From contig CAJFCJ010000019.1 in assembly GCA_904063045.1 (NCBI GenBank), positions 2,543,179 to 2,607,178 of the forward strand: DNA of 64,000 bases, read 5' to 3'. The notes under the pieces were generated by a model. It saw only the letters and a program-made list of their open reading frames with translations, was not told the DNA's origin and ran no database searches. Below, in pieces: positions 52,287 to 64,000 of the stretch. The DNA is from Dimorphilus gyrociliatus (taxonomy: Eukaryota; Animalia; Annelida). The position numbers were made by a program, and so were the translations under genes. Within the stretch, counting starts at the first letter, position 1. Each line of letters starts with the position of its first letter.

Positions 52287-53339
52287 TTAAATAGCTGTTG
52301 TTGCACTAATTTTCTGAGAAACTTGGAAATAAGTATCAGAGCGATCTTTGATATTGAATCTTTTCAGCAGTATTTGACGAAATTTGGCCCCGGTTATAAG
52401 GTAGATAAAAATATTACAAGCGTAATGCGACATACAGACTTCATCAACGACTTTCTTCACCATTAGAAATTTAAAATACGATTGCCACATTGGATCAGAA
52501 CGAATTTGTTGATCAGAAAGATGAATGTCTCCTCCTTCTATTACAGAACCTAAAATATATAGAATGGAGACGGGTAAAGTGGTAGCTATTACGTAGAAAC
52601 TGACGGAGAGGAGCATGAGAGTAGTGGCTGTCGAATGATTGCTACCGCCCATTATCTGATTGCTGGCTAAAAGGCGAATTTCTCTAACGACGAGAAGGTT
52701 GAAGATGAGTATAACGATAGGAACAAGGCCAAATATTATTGTTTCAGTTATAGATGTCCAAATGGTGAACAATGATAAGGAACCCTGTGAAGTCTCTTGT
52801 CTAGCTTCACATAGTCCATTTTTATATTGCCATAGATACGCTTGCATTGAGCAAATTAGTGAAGCGCCTACAATTGAACCAATAACGACCTTTATAGCTC
52901 TTCCCGTATTGCAGTATTGTTGTTTTTTAAATGGGCGACAAATCGCAATCCATCTCTCGACTGTAAAACCGAGGACGAGTAGAGGGCTTAGGCATTGTGG
53001 AACAAGGTAAATAAAGTTAAAAAGTTCGCAAAAAATCGGATAATCTATAGTTGGATAGCCCCAGGCATGTTTTAACTCCATAAGTAGATGCAATGGTAGG
53101 AAAGTCAAATCGGAAATAGCCAAGGTTATCAAATAAACAGCTGAACTGTTTTTTTTTCTCATTCTCTTCTGGAGCCAAACATATGTAGACAATAAATTAC
53201 CGATAATTCCTATAGAATACCATATGGGAGATACGATTCTGTCAACTTTAACAGCATTTGGTATAAAGATTTCAGAAAATTCGCTAACAGAATATCTTTC
53301 AAATACCGATTCATTTGTCAAAGTCGTGTTCGTTTCCAT
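52287..53339 (-). CDS. Class A peptide GPCR, FMRFamide/sex-peptide-receptor-like group, intronless
   Basis: Seven hydrophobic helices. GNLLS, LAISDL, FTVERWIAICRPF, TM7 NIFIY, N-terminal N-glycosylation sequons. Confidence 0.9.
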   Translation of the reverse strand: METNTTLTNESVFERYSVSEFSEIFIPNAVKVDRIVSPIWYSIGIIGNLLSTYVWLQKRMRKKNSSAVYLITLAISDLTFLPLHLLMELKHAWGYPTIDYPIFCELFNFIYLVPQCLSPLLVLGFTVERWIAICRPFKKQQYCNTGRAIKVVIGSIVGASLICSMQAYLWQYKNGLCEARQETSQGSLSLFTIWTSITETIIFGLVPIVILIFNLLVVREIRLLASNQIMGGSNHSTATTLMLLSVSFYVIATTLPVSILYILGSVIEGGDIHLSDQQIRSDPMWQSYFKFLMVKKVVDEVCMSHYACNIFIYLITGAKFRQILLKRFNIKDRSDTYFQVSQKISATTAI

Positions 53340-55773
53340 TTTCGGAATCGTCCAAGTAAAACGGTCACGTTCTTAATTAAGAATGAATCAATTCCCTATC
53401 AATTTTGTAGTCGATTTCAGTAAATGTACTGGAATTTGTTTGTTGTGTTTGTCCTTTGTTTTTTCTCTTTTATTCGTCAATCTTCTTTTCTTTTTTCAAA
53501 AAGTACTTTATTGATTACTAATAAAATCTTTTCCGTTCTCTTTTTAATAAAAATTCTTTCTTGTACTTACTTCCGAATTAAGGAGAATAAAGAAGGAAGG
53601 ATAGGAAATTCTCTGCCTCTGTCTCGCAAGGTTGTTTACCTCTCCCCCTTTTTTTTTATTGCGATCGGATCGAGCGTCGAATGACTTCTATCTCAATTCT
53701 GGAAATCGTTCTATACGACATTGGCGACGTATATAGGCGCTTTCTTCACCTCTTACTCTTCTCATTCATAATCCGTTAAGAAATGTCAGACTAGTATAAC
53801 TTCAGGCTATCGTCTAGCTATCTTTCTTTGCTAATGAGCTGCCTATCCTATTAGGATTTGAGAAGATAGGTGATTCGACAGTAGTCTTTTTCAAAAGACA
53901 ACTTAAACAAACTCTCACACACGTTTTGTCAAAGTTAATATTTATATTAGTAAATCTAGTTTCCTAATATCAATATAGTAGACCAAACGCGGCCTCAAAT
54001 CACTCACAAAGAGCTATCATTCTATTCTTTTTATAATACTTGCTATTGAAAGACGTGAAGTTCTGCTTGAGAAGACAAAAGTAAAGAAGCATACACGCAG
54101 AGAGGAAGACTTATTGAGAGGAGCAGATATATAGAGGCGAATAGGCGAAACACAGGTTCAAGTGCCATTATTTCATTTATATAATAGGTATTAGCGTATA
54201 CTTACTCTCAACGACATTTTGAAAATGATGATTAACTTTTTCGATCGTTTTATCAGTTCAATTGTTCTAAAAAAAAGAATTTATAAGACTTTGAACTTCC
54301 CTTCAGAACTTAATCAAACTTCATTTGCATATTATAAATTTGAAGGTATGGAAGGTGATATCAAATTATCCAAGCATCGCTTTCTACTTACAACTCGAGC
54401 GTAAAAATGATTTGGAATAAATGCGGCTTCGAAATAATCCCTTATCCTTTCCAGTTGTAATATTAACGAATTTTCTACTAATAATTGCTAATTTCCTTAC
54501 AAGCTACAGATTTATGACGGATTTGTGTCATATATAAAAAAAATGAAAGGTATTTTTAATATTTATTGCGACATATACGAATTATAAAAAGTCTATTAGC
54601 GTATAAAGACTTGTATTATATATTTTCTTGTATATTTATAAAAAAAAGGTGTTTTTTTAAATTTCTTTTTTATTTTCGTCGTAAATTTCGTATTTCAATA
54701 GGGCAATTGAATGCCATGACATTTACATCTCTTCGCTAAGATACTTATGGACTGGAAAACGATTAACTGAGATAAACAGGCCTATTATGTATCAATATCA
54801 AAATATACCAAGGGGGGAGAGGGAAGTTCTTCTCTATGTGCATTATCGTTATGTTTCTTTGGTAATTTTAATCTATAAAAAATACATTTTTTTCCTTCTA
54901 TAAACCAGATTGTTAATAGAATAAAGTGAAAGAAAATATAAGTGAGGGAAAGAGAGATAGACAGAGGGAGGGAGAGAGGAAAGGAAGGGAGGAAAAAGTA
55001 AACTTTTATCACCATTTACTTAATAATCATAATTTTATTGATTATAATCTTTATTAAGTAATAGTGCTTTTAAATCGGCCTACATATGGATATATTATAC
55101 TCCATATTAAGAAAAAATGCTTTACGCAACTTGTATTGATGTTTTTCAAAAGATTGCCTTTAGTCTGTGTGTTTGAGTCGATCAAAGAAAATAAGAATTT
55201 CGTCAAAATGGCGCTAATCAGAACCAGATGTTTTTTTTTACGAACCAAAGGACGTAAATGATACTTCCTTAGAGGTCATAGCAACTTCAAAACGTTTTAT
55301 GGTTGTTGGAAAATTTGAAACTGTTACATAACGTATCAAGTTACAAAGAATGAAAGAGAGAAATTAGGGAAGACTGGAAAAGGGCTTGGAAGTAATCAAA
55401 TGTAACAAATTTTCCTAATTTCCTTTCTAAACAAAGGAGGCTTATCAGAAATTTATACGTTTTCTTTGCTTTTTGTTCATCGACCTTTAATTCTCATTAA
55501 TTTCTTTTTTAGGAAGAGAAACAAACTGTTTGTATTAAGAAAGTTTAATTGAAATAGAATAGTATTTTTGCAAAAACTTTTCCTGTAATTCATAAAGTGT
55601 TTACTATATAGGTTTGAGTAATATTTTCAATTTCATTCTGAATCTTTGGTCCATACATCTCTCCTTCTTTCTTTCGTCTTTAGGCAAATGATGATTCATC
55701 ATTTTTGTATATGTTCTACAAATTTGTAAAAATATGAATATTTTTAGGTAATTATCGATAAAAAGCAATAAAA

Positions 55774-58609
55774 CTAAAACACATACTGGAAGGTCATTGG
55801 GATAAATAATAGTTCCATTAGGGTTTACTTCGAAGTCACGAGCATAGATTATTAATTTTCTATGCCTAAGAAGTTGAGGTCCCCAGAACTTTGTGGGCTT
55901 AAACGCTGCTTTTAGCTTTAAACGTCAATATATTATAAAAATGATATAAATTATTAGCACAATGTGAAATCTTACCGAATCTGTTTTGAAATAATAGACC
56001 AGAATAAAAATGCTGAAACCTACGAAAGTACAGAGTGGTGTCGCACCTATGCACCAGCCCAAACTGTTAGCCCAACTAGCAAAGTCACCAGATAAGGGTT
56101 TAAACTGAACAAGAAGAAGAGAATTGTAAAAAATAAAGTCATTATAGAGGTAATATAAATATTACGAATAGTTTACCTCTATGAGTGAATATATATAAAT
56201 GAAAGCTGCTATAACAGGTACAACAATAGACCATAATGTTAGATACCAAAATTTACAAATTTTCCATTGAAATAGGTTACAACACCCTGATTTACCAATC
56301 ATTATACCAATATCATTTGTAAACCTATTCCCTCCTAAAATAGTGAAATAAAACGAATGTATTAGGTAATTAAATTCAAATTGAAGAGTTATTAAAAATT
56401 CTACCATAAATGTAAACCAAAACTACAAATGTAATCGAACATAAAAGTAAACTAAAAGTTTCTATATAGTTGTCGACAACCTCAATCAAAAAAATTCCAC
56501 CCTGATTGATAATAAAGGAATGTTTAAAAGTGATAGAGAATGAGACACTAATACAATTAATCGTATAAAAGTTTTGATTCTTACGTTGAAACACAAGGGT
56601 AAACCCAATATGAACATTAAAATACAAAATATTAGACTAATTAACCATCGTCTCTTTCCAAGTGTGTCCGGCCAATGATCACAAATTGAAACAGAAGGTG
56701 TAAGTACCAAACTACAGCTTGTACTTAAACCAAGCGTGATTACGAGCAGGAAGAATAGCACGTACCAAATAGCGGATTGACCTCCAAACGAAAGTGCATA
56801 CGAACTTGTCGTAAATACCAAATCATAACCTATTGAAAAAATTCAAATATAAGCATTCTCTGGCTGCCTTTATGAAGAAGTTTCAAGGTTAATATATTGT
56901 GTGAAAATCAAACCTGGTTTTATCACACTAAAGTCCTTGATGGCAGATGATTGAACAACAAGTTCACCAATAAATAAGTATATAATTACTGTACAAGCGA
57001 TTGCAATACCGAAATCAAGTAGAGCAATTACAATGCTGTCTCTAGAAGAAAGCGCCATCTATTATATTCTGGTGACATATATGTAAAATGACAAACTCTT
57101 ACCTTAGGACATCGTTATGGAAACGATTAAAACTGGCTGAGGCTATTAAAAATCCCCAAGATAGAGAGAGCGAAAAAAACACCTGCACTATACTATCATA
57201 CCAGATGTTGACGTATTGAAATTTTGAACTATCGAACTGAAGTGAATGAAAAAAAAAAAAGCTCATGAATATTTTTTTCTATATTTCTTTATTTTCCATA
57301 TTCTGTTAACTTACTTCCTGAAAAAATGACTTCAAACCTTTGAAGCCTCCTTCGAGGGTAAAACCTTTGATTAACAAACATAGAAGGAGGACTAGAATTA
57401 TTACCATAAAAATACAACTGGCCTATTTTGTAATAGTACAAGAAAAAAAAAACAAGAAATAGAATAAAAAAAAAAAAGGAAATTGCGATTAAAATTAATT
57501 GTAACAAATCTCTGACTAAGCTTTTACCTTTCCGAACGATTTTACACCCTTAATTAGAGTTAGAAAAGAAATAACCCAAAGGCTAAATAAACAGACAACA
57601 ATTTCCCAATGAATGGTTCCAAAATCATCTAAGTGGTAATTCTTTGACATAACCGCTCTATTAAAAAAGTACTCAGAGGTTGGCAAGATCCAGACGACCT
57701 GAATAAGAAAATAATAAAAGTGAGATTATTGTTATAAATATATAAGCGACATATTTTTTTGTACAATTTGACAGAAAATTTTCCCTTTGAACTAATAAAT
57801 AAAGAAAGAATTCACCTTGTTGGATTCGTTAAATGCGCCTAATGGAACTTTAGTATATAATTCAGCTTTTCCTCCAAATGTCAAATTTCTATCACCATAG
57901 CAGTAGTTAGTTCTCTTATCTACATATGTTTTATACTTTTCCATGATGGTCTCATTATTACAATTCTTTGCTACATCATCCAAAGCGAGTTCTGCGCAAT
58001 CTGTATCGATCGTAAAAGGGAAAAAAATAGAGAATGAAGGGGAAAAGGGGGCAAAGGGAGTGGTAGGGGGGAAATTGTTGAAATAATATTTTTCTCGATT
58101 GTTAGGCCTATTGAAAAATTTTTTTCCTTACATGGAGTATTCCACTCGTTATCGCATTTAATTCCTGGAAAATTGTTAACATTTGTTAACCTATTCACGA
58201 AATACCAAACAGCCCAGGCAGTTATAGTTTGGTAATAGATACCAGTTATCGAAGAAATAACAATAAATGATATACCAACAGACTTTAGTACTGGACTAAA
58301 ATTCCACGGAGTTAACGCTGCACCACTAGTAAATTGACCGATGGAAAACTCAAAGAGGACCATTGGAAGACCCATCAATATTAGAACAACTGCATAACAT
58401 AGTAGAAAAGGAGTTCCGTATTTTTGGCATAGATGGGGAAATTTCCATATATTTCCGAGACCTGCTACCCCACCTGTTGTAGCCAAAATAAATTCAAGTT
58501 TATTATTCCAGTATCCTCTTGAACCTTCCTCATCTATGTCGGCTTCTTCTCTCGGATTATCTTCAAGATATTTGACAGATATACCAATTCTTTTGGGAGC
58601 GTGTTTCAT
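55774..58609 (-). CDS. SLC6 (neurotransmitter:sodium symporter) family member, divergent, glycine/amino-acid-transporter-like TM6
   Basis: RGYWNNKLEFIL..GLGNIWKFP, GLPMVLFEFSIGQF, WYDSIVQVFFSLSLSWG..FNRFHNDVLRD, C-terminal FKPTKFWGP. Multi-exon; last exon ends YVF* at 55774. Confidence 0.88.
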
Positions 58610-59224
58610 TTTAGGGGGCTACGTTTAGATACTGACGTAAATATTAAAAAGTTCTTTGTTAACTTGAAAAGCGACTACGCTACCTTTCGGATACTTTCTT
58701 ATTCTTAGCCTTTGACGTTCGTAAGGTGTCGCTACGAGTTTCTTTCATTGAAAAATCTCGGCCATCATCTACTTAGACTAAGAGGAGTAGACGCTTGATT
58801 GGACGCTGTTTGTCAAGCTTCCTCTACGGCCGGGCGTCGTTTAATGTCATCTCTCTTGATCGGGCCAAGGCCGAGAGTTATATGTATAAAACAGGGCCTG
58901 CGCAATTAAAGGACAAGTTCAGTCTCTGGGGAGATTCGGTCAAGTAGAAGGGGGTATATAGGGAGGGAAAGAGAGAACTTTATCATTTCTCTTTCGACCG
59001 TGGAAAATCAATTTCCATATATACAGTCTATAAAAAATAGTTTTATCTACATTTAAATAGTACAAAAATAGGGTAACAATTTATTTCTAAATAGACTTTA
59101 TGTGATATTTTAAGTACATTTGCATTTATCTTGAAGATTTGCTGCAATAAAATTAAATTCATGCTCTCTTAATACAGATTAGTTAGGAGCTGCCTTTCAT
59201 CAAGAGTTATGAATGTATCATTAG

Positions 59225-59420
59225 ATATATATCTGTATATATATACTGTATATATATAAATACTAATATATTTATTAGTGTAGACACAAACACATATACA
59301 GTATATATTAATATATACTGTATATATATATATATATATAATAATAATAATATATATTTATATATATATATATATATGTATTTATCTAGTATATTTAGGA
59401 TATTTATATATTTGTATTTT
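59225..59420. repeat. TA-rich low-complexity tract
   Basis: Interrupted (TA)n sequence. Confidence 0.8.
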
Positions 59421-61429
59421 ACAGATGTATTCATATGTATGCTTGGATATTTATACAAGCCACAGATGTCGTTCTTTTCTCCTTCCCTCACTTTCCTTTT
59501 AAAGTGGGCCTATATATACACGCGCATGGTTCTCTCTTCAATCGAATAAATATGAAAGCAAAATGGAATTGTAGCAGGGGGCAGCACTGATCGTTCGCTT
59601 CATCATTCGCCGTCGACGGGGATAAGCGAAAAAATGGTGGAAGAAGGATGACGTGGATATTTCTTTGGCTTCTACTAATTCGAAGTGTAAGAGGTATATA
59701 TAAAGTCGAAGGAATAATTAAAAGCCAATAAACGACTAGAGAGTTTATGAGAATAGAATGCAGCTAATAAGCCGCGAATAGAAAAGTCTATTTCGAGTCG
59801 AATTACGGTGAGAGGCTTCTGCACAGAGGCAACTGACCAACGGTACCAGAAAGCAGCAAAGGTCAACTGTAAAAATACTGCAGTTTTTTTCTCTGCAGTT
59901 GCTATGATTTATCGGCGCCAATAGAACTGGATTTTCTCCCTCCTATTCTTTTTCCAAATGTTATACGGCGCCCGATCGATATGCTTTGGTATGGAACGAA
60001 GAAAAGAACGCCTAATATTCCATTCGACTCGCGATTCTTTCTCTATTCTATTCGCTGTACAGGCAAATTGGCGCGTTTACGAATGAGGGAGAGTGTGTTT
60101 GAAAATCTATATATAATTTATACACGACGCTGATTCGGCGGATCAAACGCTTCTTTCGAACGACCTCGAAAAAACGGGCGTTTTTTTTTTCTACGGCTTT
60201 AGATTCGTGTAAATGGAGTTTACTTGTCCTCGCGAATTTCAGCCGTATAAAATTGCGGCGATTAGGTTGGCGGAAAAAGGATCGTTTTTTAATTAAGACG
60301 TTTTCATACACGAATTAGAATACGAACCAACTTTACTGTCTAACATTCGTATTAGCGTAAGAATTTAAACAATAACCTTTCGTGGTTTGTTTATTGTTTT
60401 TTCACCCATCTCGTTTGTATCATTTCAGTTATCTAATCGCGCTTGGCTTTGCCGCTAGTCTCACGAGTTCCCTGGAAAAAGATAGATTGCAGTAGCTGTT
60501 CTCCTCCAACCTAAAATTTCAGACAATAAGAGTTCGTTCACGTTTTCAGATTAGTTGTGGAGAAGATCTGATAGAGGGCGCCACATTGATTTTTTTTTAT
60601 ATTCGAAATGTTGAAAAAACAACCAAAGTGTGAATGCCGAAGTTCTGTATACATATCGCATTCCGCAAACATTCGCCAAATGTTTCTACTTTTCACACGC
60701 ACTCCTCTTTAGCAACAACTCAATATAAGCGACTTGTGCAACGATCTTTTCCGGCGGCAAACCGTTGGGAATAAATCGAACGCGGCCCGATTCGAATTAA
60801 AAGTCGACGAGAAAGAGGGGAATTTTTTCATTTTCATTCTCCCAACTTCTTTTTTTTTTTCATTTACACAGATGCGTTCGCGCAATCGAATAGCCACAGC
60901 CGGTTTCCTTTCAAACTCGGATCTTCCGAACGTAAGGCGTTTTTTTCGCGTGCAGGAAAAAGAGTTTTTTTTTTTTGTGTGTGTGTGTGTTTTTTTTTCT
61001 TTTTCTTTTTTTTTTTTGGGGTGCTCTCCCTGCTATTCCACATAGATTATTTTGGGATTTTTCAACGAATGGGCTGTACAAACATTTTAGCATTATAAAA
61101 CATGCATATGTATAGCACAGCTTATATAAAAAAAATGCTGATAATATGTATGTGTGTCTGTGTGTGTGTACAGTCTATTGGATTTACACTTCCATGTAAA
61201 CCAATGTATACAATGTACAATTATGTAAATAAACAATAAGCTAGATTGATAAAAATATTAATGCACTATATAATTAAAACAGAGTTAATTTAAATAATTG
61301 TTTTATGAAAAGTAAATTTATTCTTTTACATCATTTGACATTGACAATATCTTCAATGTCAACTTAATAAAAAATCTAACTGTACAAATGGCATACATAC
61401 ATATCTCAATACTTTTTTTACGACTTATA

Positions 61430-61720
61430 TACATATATATATATAAATATACAGTTCAGTATATACATTTTGATGTCTATTAATAAACATATATAATCCT
61501 ATCTTATGTATTTAAATTTAAATATATTATACGTATGTATTAATATACTGTATATATATTAAAATATATTTTATATATATTAATGTTGGTATTTATTCTT
61601 ATAACTAGATATTCATTCATTTAACTATAATAATATGGGATCTATGTTTATATGCTGTGCTGTGTAGACTGGCTTTAGCTTTACCTAACATATATATATA
61701 TATATATTTCTATGTGTGTA
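61430..61720. repeat. TA-rich low-complexity tract
   Basis: Interrupted (TA)n sequence upstream of the nAChR gene. Confidence 0.7.
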
Positions 61721-62201
61721 TGCTTTTTTATTATACGATTTTAATTGGCATGCAACCTTTCCCTCATGCATATACTTTTAACTCTTGCTAAGCCTATATA
61801 ACTCCAGCTTTATAGATTAATATTAACGGTTCGTCGCCTTAGGCCTAGACGGAAAGAGGGCTCATATATCGGCAGTTTTATTAGTTTTATTATATGCGAG
61901 CTGGGATGGAGGTTGGGAATAAAAAAATTTTCAGCAGCGGGGAATCGAAAAGAAAAGGACGGACGATGAACTACATAAAAAAAAAATCCGTGCGGGGTAG
62001 TGTATGTGTGCGTTTCACAGCGTGTGCCGGCTACGATAAGACTGCAACGAGCGGCGGGCGCCATGTTGTACTGCAAATCGATCGACACATTAGCATTGAG
62101 CTAGCAGTATGCAGTTGCGTATCGGCGCCGACGTTGCTGCCGTTATCGTACGTCCGTCTTTCATCGGCCGCAAATTCTCGGCCAAATGAGTAGGGAGCAG
62201 G

Positions 62202-64000
62202 ATGAAGGCGAAAATTGGCGTTCTACTCGCCGTTTCTTCCTTTTTCAGATTCGTTCTATGCCATTTATCGTCAGGTATTGTAGAGAGACGCACGTGTGCG
62301 ACATAATAATCATAATCATAATAATAATAATAAAAGGGCTCCCGCTGGACTCTAGTAAATCTCTTTTGTGTGCTCGATACAGGTTTGGGAAGCGTAGATG
62401 AAATCCGACTAGTGAACTACTTATTCAAAGAACAAGGATACAATCCCCTCATCCGTCCAGTTCACAACCTCTCCGAAATCGTAACAGTCGACTTCGGACT
62501 GGCGCTTATTCAACTAATCAACGTGGTAAGTGGGCTGAGAAAAATAATAGCCTCCGGCTGACGTTTACTCGTTCTGTCATTGGCTTTCAGGACGAGAAAA
62601 ACCAGATAATGAAATCGAACGTTTGGTTAAGAATGGTGAGTAAATTTTTATACTTAGCCTATCTAGGCTAGACCATCGATTACCCGGCGAATTCGCATAG
62701 CTATGGCAGGATTATCAACTGACGTGGAATCCAGCCGATTTCGGTGGAATTACAGTTATTAGGATCCTGCCCGATAAGGTGTGGAAGCCGGATATAGTAT
62801 TGTTTAACAACGCGGATGGTAAGTACGAGGTCTCCTACAAGCCCAACGTGGTCATCTACAACTCTGGAAAAGTGCTATGGATTCCTCCAGCCATTTATAA
62901 GTCGTCTTGCACTATAGACGTCGAATATTTCCCCTTCGACGAGCAGAGTTGCGATATGAAATTCGGCAGTTGGACGTTTGCTGCCGATCAAGTTCGACTC
63001 GGCTGGTACGAGGGCAAGGAGAGGGTCGATCTAAACGACTACGTAAAATCAGGAACTTGGGACATTATAGGTTGTCCAGGCGACCACGAAGCCGTAAGGA
63101 ACGGCAGCGAAAAGCACCAAAAATCTCAGATTAAGTTCACATTAAAGATCCGCCGTAAGACCCTCTTCTATACGGTGAATCTCATCATTCCCTGCGTTCT
63201 CATCTCTTTCCTGTCCGTCTGCGTCTTTTACTTACCGACGGATGCCGGCGAGAAGATGACCATGTGCATATCCATCCTTCTTGCACTTGTCGTGTTCCTT
63301 CTGCTCGTCTCTAAAATCCTACCACCGACCTCCATAACCATACCATTAATAGCAAAGTATCTCCTTTTTACTTTCATAATGAACATATTTACTATCCTTA
63401 TTACCGTTATCATAATCAATTGGAACTTTCGTACGCCTCGTACACATCGAATGCCTCGTTGGGTGCGCCTAGTCTTCCTCAACTACCTACCAAGGCTGCT
63501 AGTCATGAAGAGGCCGAATCACAAGGAACGTTCGGCGAAGAAGAACTATAATAACGAACGTCCGTCCAATTCGAAGATGAGCGATGATATTCTTGAACTG
63601 TCCGATGTTCATCATCCTAACTGCAGGTTCAGTAGGGCTCAGCCTTCGTCAAACCAGGCCGTTCTTAATCTAAGCCCCGAGACGCACAAGGCTGTTGAAG
63701 CGGTTCGTTTTATAGCCGCTCATTTGAAGAATGAAGACGATTATGCAGAGGTAATTTTCTTTAACACAAATTCATAAAAAAAAACATATATAAACAGAGT
63801 ATCGCATTTGTATTTGTATAAATAACAAATCATATTATATAATATTTTTATATGAAAAACGTTTTAATATACACAAGAGCCATGTTTCTGACAGATTCTA
63901 GAAGACTGGCGTTATATAGCGATGGTTATGGATCGGTTGATGCTTTATATCTTCCTCGCCGTCACCATTGGAGGAACAACAGGCATCTTAATGCACGCAC
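62202..64000 (+). CDS. nAChRbeta1: Nicotinic acetylcholine receptor non-alpha (insect beta1-type) subunit; 3' end truncated by the window
   Basis: Signal peptide MKAKIGVLLAVSSFF (62202-62274); exons 62383-62525, 62591-62635, 62701-63750, 63895-end. Cys-loop SSCTIDVEYFPFDEQSC, no vicinal Cys in loop C, M2 EKMTMCISILLALVVFLLL (cation-type). Confidence 0.95.

Overview
This is AT-rich eukaryotic (animal) genomic DNA from a very compact genome. Most introns are 50-90 bp and many intergenic gaps are only a few hundred bp. Gene content and sequence look lophotrochozoan and are compatible with a miniaturised annelid such as Dimorphilus, but the species cannot be proven from sequence alone. I assembled about 20 protein-coding genes by hand from GT-AG splice sites with phase checks: E4F1-like zinc finger, annexin, FoxJ1, UBALD (absent from the ORF track), MGRN1/RNF157, a TMDD1-like death-domain membrane protein, RPL38, an MRG-only protein, an orphan 2-TM protein, UCP4, GRB2, SUFU, POLR2J, a BH3-only protein, a clan-2 P450, JMY/WHAMM, synaptogyrin, a microexon coiled-coil gene, an FMRFamide-receptor-like GPCR, an atypical SLC6 and a partial non-alpha nAChR. 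Two non-coding host transcripts are hidden between genes. One continues directly from RPL38 and carries three intronic C/D snoRNAs, two of them SNORD60/snR48-like. The other is head-to-head with POLR2J and carries an exonic mir-184 hairpin plus an intronic H/ACA snoRNA candidate. The most striking item is a split BH3-only gene (32589-38445, minus strand) that combines a BMF-like DDVF N-terminus with the three BAD-type phospho-switch motifs, and has a 3' UTR with four Pumilio elements. The FoxJ1-UBALD-MGRN1 block mirrors human 17q25/16p13 gene order. No CRISPR array, tRNA, rRNA or transposase was seen. Family assignments and human or yeast comparisons come from recalled sequences and need database confirmation.
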